Of a DNA stretch of 47,413 bases, positions 46,069 through 47,413 are shown one piece after another. Location of the stretch: contig JBIJBE010000026.1 in assembly GCA_044345405.1 (NCBI GenBank), forward strand, positions 1 through 47,413. The letters are read 5' to 3'. The notes below the pieces were generated by a model. The model ran no database searches. It was not told where the DNA came from and saw only the letters and a list, made by a program, of their open reading frames with translations. A program made the position numbers and the translations under genes. The DNA comes from Bdellovibrionota bacterium. Its GTDB lineage: Bacteria > Bdellovibrionota_C > UBA2361 > OMII01. Positions within the stretch are counted from its first letter, which is position 1, and every line of letters starts with the position of its first letter.

Positions 46069-47019
46069 ATGAACCGGTTGCACACGACACGAGATCAGGT
46101 CATTGAAATAGTCGATCTCACGCAAACCCTTACCTCACAGCTGGCGGCGAACCTGTACGCGAACGCTCGTGATAGGGCGGCAGCGCTCTCAATAGCAGAA
46201 ATCGCGCAACGGGTAGAGGTTGCTCGAAGCGCGCTGACGGGCGCACCGTTCGCGGCATTAGTCTCAAGTGTGGTGGGAGCGGATGTGGGGAAGATCGCTC
46301 GAACGGCTATTCCTGAGATAGTGGAGCTCACAACCAGGCTCTTCTCAGACGCAGCGGCAAACGCTTATGGTGGAGAAGAGGACAAGGCTGATAAGCTCTC
46401 AACTCGTGAGATCCACCACCGATTGGATGTCGCCGCCGACGCGCTCAAGGGACGTGCTCCGCTTCCTCTCGCCAGTTCGATGGTTCAGTCCTACACCTTT
46501 AACCATAAAACAGGGATTTCGACATTTACCATTCCGGCCGAGGTTGGCGACGAAAAGGCGATGTTGCTCATAAACGAGTACTTAAAGAAGTATTACTCGA
46601 TTCCGTGGGGAATGCCCTTCAGAGAGGCGATCAGCGGGGAGGCCCTTGACTGGTTCGCAACCCTGACTGATACGGCTTCCGGAGATATTCCGGGTCCTGT
46701 CAGACAGTGCCGAGAGGCTCGGCATATTACGATTCACTCACTAGCCAAGGGTACGATACAACAAGACGAGACCACCCAAGCAGAGGCGCTCCATAAGCAT
46801 TCCCTTGTGTTCTCGGACCCATGGAGCCTCGCCATCGCCGCTGGACTCCACGCATGCAAATTCAAAGGCCAGGACCTGTTCGGCGGGCAAGAGGTTCGTT
46901 GTTCGTTCAAGGGCATCGCCCTTTACTCCGATTGGAAGGGCGTGAGGATTCGGTTCAACGTCGCTGATACCGACAAACGGTTCTCGGCGGCGGGGACGCC
47001 AGTAGGTGTTCAGGCGTAA
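46069..47019 (+). CDS. Hypothetical protein with duplicated N-terminal helical module
   Basis: GGGAG RBS; 316-aa ORF with an internal repeat of 70-aa period. Confidence 0.75.
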   Translation: MNRLHTTRDQVIEIVDLTQTLTSQLAANLYANARDRAAALSIAEIAQRVEVARSALTGAPFAALVSSVVGADVGKIARTAIPEIVELTTRLFSDAAANAYGGEEDKADKLSTREIHHRLDVAADALKGRAPLPLASSMVQSYTFNHKTGISTFTIPAEVGDEKAMLLINEYLKKYYSIPWGMPFREAISGEALDWFATLTDTASGDIPGPVRQCREARHITIHSLAKGTIQQDETTQAEALHKHSLVFSDPWSLAIAAGLHACKFKGQDLFGGQEVRCSFKGIALYSDWKGVRIRFNVADTDKRFSAAGTPVGVQA

Positions 47020-47280
47020 GGGGCGGCGTTTTCCCTGCGAACCCGAGATGTGGGAGGGCTACTCCCTAACCGCCTGAATCCCAATAATCTCATGCCCCCG
47101 CAGTGGAGGGAGTGGAAACGGTGGGTGCTGTGGCGTCTGTGGCACCTCAATAGTGGCTCGTCCCGCCGCAATCACCGATACCCCGGGCGCTACAGAGCCA
47201 ACGCGGATACCACCAAGCGCTGAGATGATAGTCACCTTTCGAGTCTGAGAAGGGGCTGCCGTGATTGCGCGTATCTCTAT

Positions 47281-47413
47281 TCGACTCCTTCCACATCAAG
47301 GGAAGGGCGCTGGAGCGTTTCGAACGTGAGTCACCTGATAGTGTGACCGCGAAGCTTCGAACCGCGTGGCGCTCGCCAACGCTTTTTGTCTCCCGCGCGC
47401 CCACCGCTGGCGA
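47281..47413 (+). repeat. Partial direct-repeat copy of the methyltransferase 3' region
   Basis: 47315-47413 is identical to 45381-45479 (99 bp, to the window end); 47281-47314 matches 45309-45342 at 29 of 34 positions. Confidence 0.92.

Noticed and set aside
47060-47290. Start-less minus-strand open frame (…TIISALGGIRVGSVAPG…QAVRE*) as a gene remnant
   Set aside because: It could be a C-terminus truncated by the duplication, but I recognise no family, so it is unsupported without a search.
45309-47413. DGR template/variable repeat pair
   Set aside because: The differences are synonymous and not adenine-specific, the target is a housekeeping methylase, and no reverse transcriptase is present.

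Overview
Bacterial chromosomal segment, mostly housekeeping genes. The gene set (AMIN-domain PilQ, FapA, TadE-like protein, sigma54-like site) suggests a delta-proteobacterial/Bdellovibrionota-like organism; this is an inference only. From left to right: partial priA (minus strand, missed by the ORF track because it runs off the edge); a divergent pilM-pilN-pilO cluster with no pilP, a structured 350-bp gap, pilQ and two orphan lipoproteins; accB-accC-DUF1573-membrane J-domain protein; SRP RNA (ffs)-dnaX-ybaB-recR-tRNA-Asn; site-2 protease, SGNH hydrolase, mutM, FapA+CBS, RluA, hppA and ettA; a 780-aa Cys-rich TadE-like pilin; glycosyltransferase and desaturase; an MntP-like His-rich transporter with a Fur-family regulator; GH3, a HigBA-type toxin-antitoxin pair, DinB/HxlR, hisS-yjbQ, and an ITPase with an RsmF-like methylase. 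The window ends in a small accessory region followed by a partial duplicate of the methylase 3' end. I found no CRISPR array, integrase, transposase or reverse transcriptase. The best candidates for something new are: (1) the MntP-like transporter with His substitutions, next to a Zur-like regulator and a matching operator; (2) the PilP-less pil locus with a GGA-rich structured leader and two lipoproteins; (3) the giant split TadE-like pilin; (4) a two-variant REP doublet family; (5) the region bounded by rsmF 3'-end repeats. All calls come from motif recognition by eye; no searches or folding programs were run.
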